A DNA stretch of 63,330 bases from Rubricoccaceae bacterium (GTDB taxonomy: Bacteria > Bacteroidota > Rhodothermia > Rhodothermales > Rubricoccaceae): assembly GCA_046292345.1 (NCBI GenBank), contig JBKBRC010000006.1:12473-75802 (forward strand), in the 5' to 3' direction. The notes beneath the pieces were generated by a model that was given only the letters and a program-made list of their open reading frames with translations, ran no database searches and had not been told where the DNA came from. Shown here piece after piece: positions 36,945-45,486 of this stretch. Position 1 is the first letter of the stretch. Each line of letters begins with the position of its first letter. The position numbers were made by a program, and so were the translations under genes.

Positions 36945-37793
36945 TCAGTCGAGGTCGTCGAGGATGCGACGGATGCGCTCGCGCTCCTCCTCCGACGCAG
37001 CGACGCGGTCGGGCTCGTCCTGCGCGCCCGTCACGAGCGAGCGCAGGTCGAACGTCTCAGGAGGCATCGCCGACGGTGCCCCGGAGGGCATGCGAGCGGA
37101 CGCGTCGCCCGCCGCAGGCGCATCCTCGGAGGCCGCTCCGGTAGCAGCAGCTCCGGTAGCAGCAGCTCCGGTAGCAGCAGCCCCGGCGCTGGAAGCCTCG
37201 GCGCTGGAAGCCTCGGCGCTGGAAGCCTCGGCGCTGGCGGCAGCTTCGGCAACCTCGGCGTCTTCGGGCTCAGGGCGCCTGGCGAGTTGCGCGGGCACGC
37301 GCCCCTCGGGCTCGCTGCTGCTGACGAGGCGGATAAAGCCAACTGGGTCGTCGCCCTGGAACTGCGCCAGGATCTCGAGCTCCGACATCAGGAACGCCCG
37401 CAGGCGCGCCGCGACCTCGTTCTGCCGCCCTGTCAGGCGGGCCAGATCCTGCCGAACGCCATAGCGCTCCTGCTCGGCGTCTTGCAGGATGCGCTGCGCG
37501 CGCAACTCGGCCTCCTCCACAATCAGGCGCGCCTTCTGCTCAGCGGCCGCCTGCGCACGCTGCGCCGACTCGCGCGACGCCTCGAGCGCCTCCTGCAGCG
37601 CCAACTCGACGCGCTCGTAGTGCTTGAGCTTGCCCTCTATCTCGCGCACCCGCTCCTCGGCGAGGCGCTTCTCCTCGGCCAGCTGCTCCCACTGGTCGGC
37701 GATCTGCTTGAGAAAGCCTTCTACTTCGTCTGTGTCGTAGCCGCGGAAGCTGCGCGTGAACTGCTGCCGGCGGATGGCGAGGGGATTGAGCAT
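36945..37793 (-). CDS. divIVA: DivIVA domain-containing protein
   Basis: N-terminal LNPLAIRRQQFTRSFRGYDTDEVEGFL followed by coiled coil. The C-terminal region contains (AEASS)3 and (GAAAT)3 repeats. Confidence 0.85.
   Translation of the reverse strand: MLNPLAIRRQQFTRSFRGYDTDEVEGFLKQIADQWEQLAEEKRLAEERVREIEGKLKHYERVELALQEALEASRESAQRAQAAAEQKARLIVEEAELRAQRILQDAEQERYGVRQDLARLTGRQNEVAARLRAFLMSELEILAQFQGDDPVGFIRLVSSSEPEGRVPAQLARRPEPEDAEVAEAAASAEASSAEASSAEASSAGAAATGAAATGAAATGAASEDAPAAGDASARMPSGAPSAMPPETFDLRSLVTGAQDEPDRVAASEEERERIRRILDDLD
37136..37240. repeat. Two abutting in-frame 15-bp tandem repeats (3 + 4 copies)
   Basis: CTCCGGTAGCAGCAG x3 at 37136-37180, then C(C/T)(C/T)CGGCGCTGGAAG x3 plus a variant at 37181-37240. 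Confidence 0.92.
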
Positions 37794-38098
37794 GCTGGGG
37801 GCGGGGCGGGCGCGTGGGAGGCACGGCGTCGCGGGCGGCGCGGCGCGTCGCCGGCACGAGGGGAGAGGCTGGCGGAGGGGCGCTCGGCGGGACGCGCTTC
37901 GGGCAGGGGCTCAGGGCGCGAACCGGCCGACGCGGCGGCGAGGCGTTCGCAGAGCCGCTCGGCGCGGGCCCGCAGGTCGGCCGCGTGCGCGAGCGCCGCC
38001 TCGGCGGCGCGCCCGGCGCGGCGCAGGCGTGTCAGAAAGAAGCCGAGCGCCGCCCCGAGGGCGAGCACGGCCAGGGCGAGCAGAATGGTCGCGTGCAT
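37721..38098 (-). CDS. Small membrane-anchored hypothetical protein
   Basis: N-terminal TM segment MHATILLALAVLALGAALGFFL followed by a helical Ala/Arg-rich region. High GC3 for about 85 codons. The 3' end overlaps the divIVA start by 73 nt. Confidence 0.35.
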   Translation of the reverse strand: MHATILLALAVLALGAALGFFLTRLRRAGRAAEAALAHAADLRARAERLCERLAAASAGSRPEPLPEARPAERPSASLSPRAGDAPRRPRRRASHAPAPPPACSIPSPSAGSSSRAASAATTQTK

Positions 38099-38144
38099 GC
38101 GTCGAATCTACGGCACGCGCTCGCCGGCCGACGCCCCGGCGCGC

Positions 38145-38906
38145 TCAGCGCCGGCCGAACAGGTCTGTCCCGATGCGCACGTGCGTCGCCCCCTCCTCGA
38201 CGGCCACCTCCAGGTCGCCGCTCATGCCCATCGAGAGCAGGCGCAGCGGCGCCGGGCCGGCGTAGGCGTCGCGCAGTGCCCGGAGCTGGCGCAGCTGCGG
38301 CCGTACGAGCGCCTCGAGCGCGGCCGGCGTCTCGGCCGGCGCGGCGAGCGTCATCAGCCCGACGACGCACAGGCCGGGCAGCGCGTGCGCCGCGTCCACG
38401 AGCGCGTGCGCCTCCTCGGGCGCCACGCCCGACTTGGACGCCTCCCCCGACACGTTGACCTGCACGAAGCACTCCAGCGTGCGCTCGGCGGCGACCAAGC
38501 GACGGCTGAGCGCTTCGGCCAGGCGCAGGCTGTCGAGCGCATGGAAGACGTCGGCGTAGGCGACGGCGTCGCGCGTCTTGTTGCGCTGCAACGGCCCGAT
38601 CAGGTGCCAGCGCACGCGCCCGCCCCGCGTCACGCCCGGGAGCTCGGACGCCTTGGCGACGAGTTCCTGCACGCGGTTCTCGCCGAAGTCGGTCAGGCCG
38701 GCCGCCTGCGCTGCCGCGACGGCCTCGGGCGGATGCGTCTTGGTGACAGCCACGAGCGTGACCTCGGAGGCGTCGCGGCCGGCCACGGCGCAGGCCCGGC
38801 CGATGCGCGCACGCACCGCGGCCACACGCTCGCCCAGGGCCGCATACGGGAGCGCTCGGGTCCGAGCAGCCGAGATCGCGGACTCTTCGGGGAAACCGGA
38901 GGGCAT
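38145..38906 (-). CDS. yggS: YggS-family pyridoxal-phosphate homeostasis protein
   Basis: VTLVAVTKTHP (PLP lysine), FGENRVQE, WHLIGPLQRNK, LSMGMSGD and RIGTDLFG. Confidence 0.9.
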   Translation of the reverse strand: MPSGFPEESAISAARTRALPYAALGERVAAVRARIGRACAVAGRDASEVTLVAVTKTHPPEAVAAAQAAGLTDFGENRVQELVAKASELPGVTRGGRVRWHLIGPLQRNKTRDAVAYADVFHALDSLRLAEALSRRLVAAERTLECFVQVNVSGEASKSGVAPEEAHALVDAAHALPGLCVVGLMTLAAPAETPAALEALVRPQLRQLRALRDAYAGPAPLRLLSMGMSGDLEVAVEEGATHVRIGTDLFGRR

Positions 38907-39249
38907 AGGAGGAATTGGAAACGCCAGCGCTCACCATTGTACCGCCATGCCGTACCCGCGTGCCCGCGTCTGGCCAGCTCTCCTGCGACGCAGCACGATG
39001 GCGCGGCTCTTGCACCGGAGAACCGGACGCCCCTGCCCGCTCCGCCATGCCCGCTACCCGACGCTCTGCACCGGAGACGCCTCTGCACGCCATCGATCAG
39101 GCGCGCACGGCCTGGCTTTCGGGAGACCGAGACGCATGGACGCGCTACGCGCAGGCCCTCCGGCAGCTCAACACCCGCCCGGGAGCGCTACGCGCGCCGC
39201 GCGCGGGAGGCGACCGCCAGGCACTGACCCGGCGCGGCTAGAGAACTCG

Positions 39250-39305
39250 GCCTCCGGCACGAGCCTCTCCGGCACGAGTCTCTCCGGCACGAGCCTCTCC
39301 GGACG
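39250..39305. repeat. 15-bp tandem repeat CTCTCCGGCACGAG(C/T), about 3.7 copies
   Basis: Read directly, in the 680-bp non-coding spacer upstream of the first GH31 gene. Confidence 0.88.
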
Positions 39306-39387
39306 GCGCGTCATCGCATCCCTGACGGGCCTGTCCGTCCGCCCCGCCCGCTGGCCCGCCCGGTCCCACAGCGCAGCACCGGCCGGG

Positions 39388-39483
39388 GGGCCTGCCCCGA
39401 CTGCCGGAGGGCCTGCCCCGACTGCCGGAGGGCCTGCCCCGACTGCCGGAGGGCCTGCCCCGACTGCCGGAGGGCCTGCCCCT
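39388..39483. repeat. 21-bp tandem repeat GGGCCTGCCCCGACTGCCGGA, about 4.5 copies
   Basis: Perfect copies at 39388-39408, 39409-39429, 39430-39450 and 39451-39471, plus a partial copy. Confidence 0.95.
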
Positions 39484-39565
39484 CCCTCCGGGCTCGAGGA
39501 CGGCCCGCCGGTGTCGGGGTCGCGTGCGCTTGCCCACGCACGGCTCCTCTCGGTATTATGATCGG

Positions 39566-39579
39566 GTTAAGCGCTTACA
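39566..39579. promoter_or_regulatory. LacI/GalR-type palindromic operator candidate GTTAAGCGCTTACA
   Basis: Same 12-mer TAAGCGCTTACA as at 28231-28242. It lies 9 nt upstream of the ATG at 39588 of the GH31 gene. Confidence 0.55.
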
Positions 39580-39587
39580 CAAGCCCT

Positions 39588-42137
39588 ATGAGCTACCGCC
39601 CTGCCGCCGGCGCCCCGGCCGACGCCCCCGCGCTGCGCGCGCACGCCGCGCTGCCCGACAGCCGGTTCACCCTCCTCGGGCGGCTCACGGGCTATGAGGT
39701 CCGCGGGCGCACGCTCGTGCTCATTGCCGGCACGCCGCGCCTGGCGGTCTCGTTCACGGACGCCGGCACGGCCCGCGTGCGCCTGGCGCCGACGGGCGAC
39801 TTCCGCCGCGCCGGCCATGGCGCTGACGCGCACGAGACGCCGTTCTCATACGCCCTCGACCCGGCCGCGCCGCCGCCGCCGGCCGCCGGCACGCTCCACG
39901 TGCGCGACACAGGCGCCGAGCTCGTCGTGGCCGAGGGGCCGCTCGTGCTGCGCGTGCGCAAAAACCCCTGTCGCCTCCGCTTCGAGACACCCGACGGGCG
40001 AACGCTCCTGGCCGACTCCGCCGGCGCCGGCTTCGCCGACGTCGACGGCCGCACCGAGGTCCGCTGCTGGATGGCGCTCCACCCCGAGGCCCGCTTCTTC
40101 GGCCTCGGCGACAAGACGTTCGAGCTCGACCGCCGCGGACGCCGCCTCACGTTCTGGAACGCCGACACGTACGCCTACGCGCCCGAGCAGGACCCCATCT
40201 ACAAGTCCATCCCGTTCGCGCTCACGCTCGCGCCCGCGCCCTCGGTAGACGACGCCGGCGACGTGCGCTGGACAGGCGCCGGCCTCTTCTTTGACAACTC
40301 GTTCCGCGCCACGATGGACTTCGGGGCGGACGACGCCGCCGAGGACTTCTGGTTTGGCGCGCTCGACGGCGAGCTCCGCTACTACGTCTTCGCGCCCGAC
40401 GCAGCTGAGGATCTCAAAACCCCCCTGCGCCGCTACTGCGACCTGACGGGCCACAAGCCCATGCCGGCCCTCTGGAGCCTCGGCTACCACCAGAGCCGCT
40501 GGAACTACCACGACGAGGGCTACGCCCGCTGGATCGGGCACGAGTTCCGCCGGCGTGGCCTCCCGCTCGAGTGCATCCATCTCGACATCGGCCACATGGA
40601 GGGCTACCGGGTGTTCACCTGGAACGAGGCCGCCTTCCCAGATCCGAAAGCGCTCCACGACGACCTGGCCGCGCTCGGCATCCGCACCGTCTGCATCGTA
40701 GACCCCGGCGTAAAGGTCGACCCCGGCTATTTCGCCTACGACGAAGGCGCCCGGCGTGGCCTCTTCGTCACCAACCCTGACGGGTCCTACTTCACCGACA
40801 CCGTCTGGCCCGGCGACGTCCACTGGCCCGACTTCTCGCGCCCCGACACGCGCGACTGGTGGGGCGAGCAGCACCGCCGCTACCTCGACGCCGGCGTGAC
40901 CGGCTTCTGGAACGACATGAACGAGCCCGCCATCCTCGGCGGGCGCGACTTCCCAGACGAGGTCCGCTTCGCCTACGCCGACCGAGGCACCGGCCCCGCC
41001 GACCACCGCGAGGCGCACAACACGTACGGCCTGCTCATGGCGCGCGCCACGTACGAGGGCCTGCGCCGCCTGCGCCCGGACGAGCGGCCGTTCCTGCTCA
41101 CGCGCGCCTGCTTCTCGGGCAGCCAGCGCTACGCCGCCGCCTGGACCGGCGACAACGTCTCCTCCTGGGAGCACCTGCTGCTCTCGCTGCGCATCTGCCA
41201 GAGCCTCTCCGCCTCCGGCCTCGCCTTCTGCGGGCCCGACATCGGCGGCTTCGCCGGGCAGCCCTCGCCCGAGCTCTTCGCGCGCTGGATGCAGGCCGGC
41301 GTCTGCTACCCGTTCATGCGGACCCACTACTCGCACGAGGAGATCGACCGGCAGGAGCCGTGGAGCTTCGGCGAGGAGGCCGAGCGCATCGCCCGGCGCT
41401 ACCTCTACCTCCGCTACGAGCTCCTGCCGTACCTCTACTCGGCCTTCGAGGCGTGCACGCGCACCGCCGAGCCGCCCATGAAGGCGCTCGCGCTCGAGCA
41501 CCCCGGCGACGCGTGCACCCACCGCGGCACCGACGACACGTTCTACTTCGGGCCGGCCCTCGTCGCCGCGCCGGTCGTGGCCGAGGGCGCCCGCGAGCGC
41601 ACGCTCTACCTGCCCGACGTGCCGGGCGGCTGGTTCTCGTTCTGGGACGGCACGCGCTACGCCGGCGGCGCCGAGCACACCGTCCCGGCGCCGCTCGACA
41701 CGCTCCCGCTCTTCGCGCGCGCCGGGCGCGTTGTGGCCATGCACCCGCCGATGCGCCATACCGGGGAGTTCGTGCCCGAGGCGCTCCGCCTGCGCGCCTT
41801 CGCCGGCACGGGCGAGAGCGAGGTCTACTTCGACGACGGCCTCTCGTACGCCTTCGCCTCCGGTGACTTCCTGCGCCTGCGCCTCGCGCTGCGCCAGGCC
41901 GCCGAGGGCGGGCTCGACGTGGCGCTCTCCCGCGAGGGCCGCCGCGACCTCCCCTACCGTTTCTTCGACTGGACCGTCGTGGGCGCGGCGCCGGGCGAGG
42001 TCTCGGCCGACGGCCGCCCGCTGGCGCGCCTGGACGCGGCCGAGGCCCTCGAACAGGCGCGTGAGGGCTTCTTCACCGAGGGCGATACGGTCCGCATTCG
42101 TACCCGCACGGACGTGCAAGCGCTCGTCCTGCGCTGA
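39588..42137 (+). CDS. Glycoside hydrolase family 31 alpha-glucosidase
   Basis: Catalytic nucleophile region GFWNDMNEPA, plus WTGDN and HYSH/RTHY blocks. The ATG at 39588 is preferred over 39558 because the operator would otherwise lie inside the CDS. Confidence 0.85.
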   Translation: MSYRPAAGAPADAPALRAHAALPDSRFTLLGRLTGYEVRGRTLVLIAGTPRLAVSFTDAGTARVRLAPTGDFRRAGHGADAHETPFSYALDPAAPPPPAAGTLHVRDTGAELVVAEGPLVLRVRKNPCRLRFETPDGRTLLADSAGAGFADVDGRTEVRCWMALHPEARFFGLGDKTFELDRRGRRLTFWNADTYAYAPEQDPIYKSIPFALTLAPAPSVDDAGDVRWTGAGLFFDNSFRATMDFGADDAAEDFWFGALDGELRYYVFAPDAAEDLKTPLRRYCDLTGHKPMPALWSLGYHQSRWNYHDEGYARWIGHEFRRRGLPLECIHLDIGHMEGYRVFTWNEAAFPDPKALHDDLAALGIRTVCIVDPGVKVDPGYFAYDEGARRGLFVTNPDGSYFTDTVWPGDVHWPDFSRPDTRDWWGEQHRRYLDAGVTGFWNDMNEPAILGGRDFPDEVRFAYADRGTGPADHREAHNTYGLLMARATYEGLRRLRPDERPFLLTRACFSGSQRYAAAWTGDNVSSWEHLLLSLRICQSLSASGLAFCGPDIGGFAGQPSPELFARWMQAGVCYPFMRTHYSHEEIDRQEPWSFGEEAERIARRYLYLRYELLPYLYSAFEACTRTAEPPMKALALEHPGDACTHRGTDDTFYFGPALVAAPVVAEGARERTLYLPDVPGGWFSFWDGTRYAGGAEHTVPAPLDTLPLFARAGRVVAMHPPMRHTGEFVPEALRLRAFAGTGESEVYFDDGLSYAFASGDFLRLRLALRQAAEGGLDVALSREGRRDLPYRFFDWTVVGAAPGEVSADGRPLARLDAAEALEQAREGFFTEGDTVRIRTRTDVQALVLR

Positions 42138-42221
42138 CGGCCCGGCCTCTGCACCGCCCGCGGCACACGCCCCGCCTTCTCCCACTCCCTGCCAACGGTG
42201 CCCACGGCACCCGTCCGTTGC

Positions 42222-44684
42222 ATGGCCTTTCCTGAAATCCTCGACGCGCCGGCCCCGCCCGAGGCACGTCCCGACGCGCACGGCTTCGCCACGCTCGGCG
42301 CCGTGCACGCCGCCGAGGCGGCCGGCCCGCACGCGCTCGTCCTGCGCTGCGAGGGCGGCGCAGCGCTCCGCCTCGACGCGCTCGCCGACGACGTGCTCCG
42401 CCTCCGCCTCGCGCCGCCCGGCCGCGCCTTCGCGCACGACGACTCGTACGCGCTCGACCCCGAGGCCACCTGGACCGGCCCCGCCCGCTTCGAACGCGCC
42501 GACACGCCCGAGGCGGTCGTCGTGCGCACCGCCGCGCTTGAGGTCACTGTCACGCGCCAGCCCGCACGCCTCGTCGTGGCCAACGCCGCCGGGCGCGTGC
42601 TGCTCGCCGAGACCGCCGGCGCCGCCTGGCATGCCGAGGGCACGGCCGTCGCGCACGCCCTCGCGCTCGAGCCGCACGACCGCCTGCTCGGCCTCGGCGA
42701 CAAGGCGCTCGCCGTGGACCGCCGCGGCCACCGCCTGAGCATGTGGAACACGGACGCCTTCAAGTACGGCCGCGGCACCGACCCGCTGTACAAATCCGTC
42801 CCCTTCGTGCTCCGCCTCGCCGAGGACGGCGCCGCGCTCGGCCTGTTCTACGACAACACGTTCCGCTCCACGTTCGACCTCGGCCACGAGGACCCGGACG
42901 CGCTCCGCTACCAGGCCGAGGACGGCGCGCTCGACCTCTACCTGCTCGCCGCCGAGACGCCCCTCGGGGTCGTGCAGCAGATGGCCCGCCTCACCGGGCG
43001 CACGCCCATGCTCCCGCGCTGGGCGCTCGGCTACCACCAGTGCCGCTACTCGTATCTCGACGAGGCCGAGGTTCGCGACGTTGCCCGCGAGTTCCGCGCA
43101 CGCCGCATCCCCTGCGACGCGCTCTACTTCGATATCCACTACATGGACGGCTTCCGCGTGTTCACGTGGGACCGCCAGGCCTTCCCGGACCCCGAGGCCC
43201 TACTCGCCGAGCTGCACGCCGACGGGTTCCGCTCGGTCGTCATCATCGATCCGGGCGTCAAGGCCGACGACCCCGGGTACGCCGTCTTCCGCGACGGCCT
43301 CGCGCGCGACGCCTACGCACGCTACCCCTCAGGCGAGCTCGCGCTCGGGCATGTCTGGCCGGGCCTGTGCGCCTTCCCGGACTACACGCGCGCCGACGTG
43401 CGCGCCTGGTGGGGCAGCCTCCACCGCGGCCTGCTCGAGCAGGGCGTCGACGGCATCTGGAACGACATGAACGAGCCCGCCGTGTTCGAGGTGCCGCACG
43501 TGGAAGGCTCCATGACGGGCGAGGAGCACGCCGGCACCCTCCCCGACGACGTGCGCTTCGCCATGGAGGGCCGCGGCGGCTCGCACCGCGAGGCCCACAA
43601 CGTCTACGGCATGCAGATGCAGCGCGCCACGCACGAGGGCCTGCGCGCGCTCGCGCCCGCCCGGCGACCGTTCACGATCACGCGCGCCGCCTACGCCGGC
43701 AGCCAGCGCTTCGGGACGAGCTGGACCGGCGACAACTCGGCCACCTGGGACCACCTCAGACTCGCCATCCAGACCTGCCTCTCGCTCGGCGTCTCGGGCA
43801 TGCCCTTCTCCGGCGCCGACGTGGGCGGCTTCGTCGGCACGCCCGACGGCGAGCTGCTCGCGCGCTGGACGCAGGTGGGCGCGCTCACGCCGCTCTTCCG
43901 CAACCACTCGGCCATCGACACGCCACGACAGGAGCCGTGGCTCTTCGGCGAGGAGATCGAGCGCGTCTGCCGCGAGGCCATCGAGCTGCGCTACCGTCTG
44001 CTCCCTTACCTCTACACGGCCCTCGAGGCGGCCGCGCGCGAGGGGCTGCCCATCCTGCGCCCGCTCGCGCTCGTACACCCTGAGGACGAGACGATCCGCC
44101 GCACCAGCCCGCTCGGCTTCTACGTCGGACCAGACCTGCTCGCGCACCCGGTCGTCGAACCCGGCCAGACCAACCGCGAAGTCTACCTGCCCGCCTCCGA
44201 GGGCGGCTGGTATGACTTCGCCAGCGGGCACCACTACGAGGGCCGGCAGACGGTCTGGATCGAGACGCCCCTGGACCTGCTGCCGCTCTACGTGCGCGGC
44301 GGGAGCGTGCTCCCGATCGGGCCGGTCGTGCAGTCGACCGCCGAGGTGCCCGCCGAGCCGCTCGAGCTGCACGTCTACCCTGCCCCCGGCACGTTTGCAA
44401 GCACGCTCTACGACGACGCCGGCGACGGCTACGAGTACGCCGCAGGCGGCTTCTGGCGCGCCCGCTTCGAGGGCGTGCTCGAGGAGGGCTTGCTTCGCCT
44501 GCACGCCCACGTCGAGGGGGCGCGTGTCCCGACCTGGCCAGGCGCGGACGTCGTCGTGCACGGCCTTGGCACGCGCCCGGCCGAGGTGCGCGTCGGTGGC
44601 GCGGCGGTCGCGTTCGGCTGGACCGACGGCGCGGCGCGCTTCCATGCGCCGCTCGGGGCCAGCGTCGAGGTCGTGCTCGGCTGA
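42222..44684 (+). CDS. Glycoside hydrolase family 31 alpha-glucosidase (tandem paralog)
   Basis: GIWNDMNEPA, WTGDNSATW and FRNHS, colinear with the upstream GH31. The ATG at 42222 is preferred over the GTG at 42198. Confidence 0.85.
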   Translation: MAFPEILDAPAPPEARPDAHGFATLGAVHAAEAAGPHALVLRCEGGAALRLDALADDVLRLRLAPPGRAFAHDDSYALDPEATWTGPARFERADTPEAVVVRTAALEVTVTRQPARLVVANAAGRVLLAETAGAAWHAEGTAVAHALALEPHDRLLGLGDKALAVDRRGHRLSMWNTDAFKYGRGTDPLYKSVPFVLRLAEDGAALGLFYDNTFRSTFDLGHEDPDALRYQAEDGALDLYLLAAETPLGVVQQMARLTGRTPMLPRWALGYHQCRYSYLDEAEVRDVAREFRARRIPCDALYFDIHYMDGFRVFTWDRQAFPDPEALLAELHADGFRSVVIIDPGVKADDPGYAVFRDGLARDAYARYPSGELALGHVWPGLCAFPDYTRADVRAWWGSLHRGLLEQGVDGIWNDMNEPAVFEVPHVEGSMTGEEHAGTLPDDVRFAMEGRGGSHREAHNVYGMQMQRATHEGLRALAPARRPFTITRAAYAGSQRFGTSWTGDNSATWDHLRLAIQTCLSLGVSGMPFSGADVGGFVGTPDGELLARWTQVGALTPLFRNHSAIDTPRQEPWLFGEEIERVCREAIELRYRLLPYLYTALEAAAREGLPILRPLALVHPEDETIRRTSPLGFYVGPDLLAHPVVEPGQTNREVYLPASEGGWYDFASGHHYEGRQTVWIETPLDLLPLYVRGGSVLPIGPVVQSTAEVPAEPLELHVYPAPGTFASTLYDDAGDGYEYAAGGFWRARFEGVLEEGLLRLHAHVEGARVPTWPGADVVVHGLGTRPAEVRVGGAAVAFGWTDGAARFHAPLGASVEVVLG

Positions 44685-44711
44685 CGCCGGCCGGCCGGCT
44701 CACGCGTCGGG

Positions 44712-44783
44712 CGCGTCCTCGCGCGCGTCCTAGGGCGCGTCCTAGGGCGCGTCCTAGGGCGCGTCCTAGGGCGCGTCCTCGCG
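44712..44783. repeat. 12-bp tandem repeat CGCGTCCTAGGG x4, flanked by two CGCGTCCTCGCG variants
   Basis: Copies at 44724, 44736, 44748 and 44760. The copy at 44760-44771 carries the real TAG stop (44766-44768, minus strand). The other three carry the same codon in frame downstream. Confidence 0.93.
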
Positions 44784-45074
44784 CGCGCCTGCGCGGTCGT
44801 CCGGCGGCCGCGCGTAGCGCCGCGAGGCCCGGACGCGCTGCGTGCGCCGGATCATCTCGTCGTATGCCTGTTGCGATAGCCAGTCGGCGCCGTCGGTGTA
44901 GGCCGGGCGCACGTAGTAGGTCCCCGCACGATGAATCGGCAGGCCGAAGGCGAGGCAGCGCGCGCCCTCGGGCGGCGCCTCCGGGCTCCGCGCGCGCCGC
45001 CACTTGACGCGTCGCCACGGCCGCTCGGCGAGGGCGGCCCAGAACGCGTCGTCGTGCTCGGGCCGGACGCTCAT
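44766..45074 (-). CDS. Hypothetical protein (102 aa, Arg/Trp-rich)
   Basis: About 92% GC3 by hand count (8 non-GC third positions in 102 codons). Its ATG overlaps the stop of a 42-codon upstream ORF (ATGA). No family recognised. Confidence 0.5.
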   Translation of the reverse strand: MSVRPEHDDAFWAALAERPWRRVKWRRARSPEAPPEGARCLAFGLPIHRAGTYYVRPAYTDGADWLSQQAYDEMIRRTQRVRASRRYARPPDDRAGAREDAP

Positions 45075-45199
45075 GCGCGCACGCGGCTGCTGCCGGCCGA
45101 GGCAGGCTGCTCGCTGGCCTTCTTGAGCCCGACGGCGCCGTCGGAGACTACAGCCGGCAGGGCAACGGACAGAATGCTGAGGACGAGCAGCGCGATCAT
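45071..45199 (-). CDS. Possible 42-aa membrane peptide
   Basis: MIALLVLSILSVALPAVVSDGAVGLKKASEQPASAGSSRVRA has one TM helix, fairly high GC3 and is stop/start coupled to the downstream ORF. It is below the ORF-track length cut-off. Confidence 0.3.
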   Translation of the reverse strand: MIALLVLSILSVALPAVVSDGAVGLKKASEQPASAGSSRVRA

Positions 45200-45246
45200 C
45201 GCAAGGGGACGAGTGTGCCGGCGAACGTCGGGGAGAGGCGAACCCC

Positions 45247-45272
45247 GGGCACCGGGGTTGCGCCCGGTGCCC
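45247..45272. other. Perfect 10-bp GC hairpin
   Basis: GGGCACCGGG (45247-45256) pairs with CCCGGTGCCC (45263-45272), with a 6-nt loop. It lies between the 22-bp repeat array and the small-peptide ORF. Confidence 0.6.
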
Positions 45273-45291
45273 CCGGCAGCCTTCACTAACG

Positions 45292-45401
45292 GAAACAATC
45301 CGTCTGGTAGTAAGAAACAATCCGTCTGGTAGTAAGAAACAATCCGTCTGGTAGTAAGAAACAACCAGTCTGGTAGTAAGAAACAACCAGTCTGGTAGGA
45401 G
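45292..45401. repeat. 22-bp AT-rich tandem repeat x5 (iteron-like)
   Basis: GAAACAATCCGTCTGGTAGTAA x3, then GAAACAACCAGTCTGGTAGTAA, then GAAACAACCAGTCTGGTAGGAG. The unit has 9/22 G+C, in an otherwise very GC-rich window. Confidence 0.97.
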
Positions 45402-45486
45402 GAAAAGCGTGCCGTGGAGCCCGATGCGGCCGCGGTCCGCGACGAGCTTCTGGTGCCCGGGGCGCGTCCTGCGCGCCACGACGGCC

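Noticed and set aside
37721-38098. A 73-nt overlap of the small membrane ORF with divIVA as evidence of a programmed frameshift or fusion.
   Set aside because: There is no slippery sequence, and the overlap is explained by the absence of stop codons in GC-rich DNA. The true C-terminus of the small protein is simply uncertain.
38915-39241. A 108-aa plus-strand ORF in the long yggS-GH31 spacer.
   Set aside because: Its GC3 is about 78% by hand count over the last 64 codons, against more than 90% in confident genes here. It has no motif, and it ends at a repeat array.
45292-45401. The 22-bp x5 array as a chromosomal replication origin (oriC).
   Set aside because: I saw no DnaA-box-like TTATCCACA motifs and no dnaA, dnaN or rep gene nearby. 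The flanks are ordinary metabolic genes. An iteron-like binding array or a foreign remnant remains possible (see findings).
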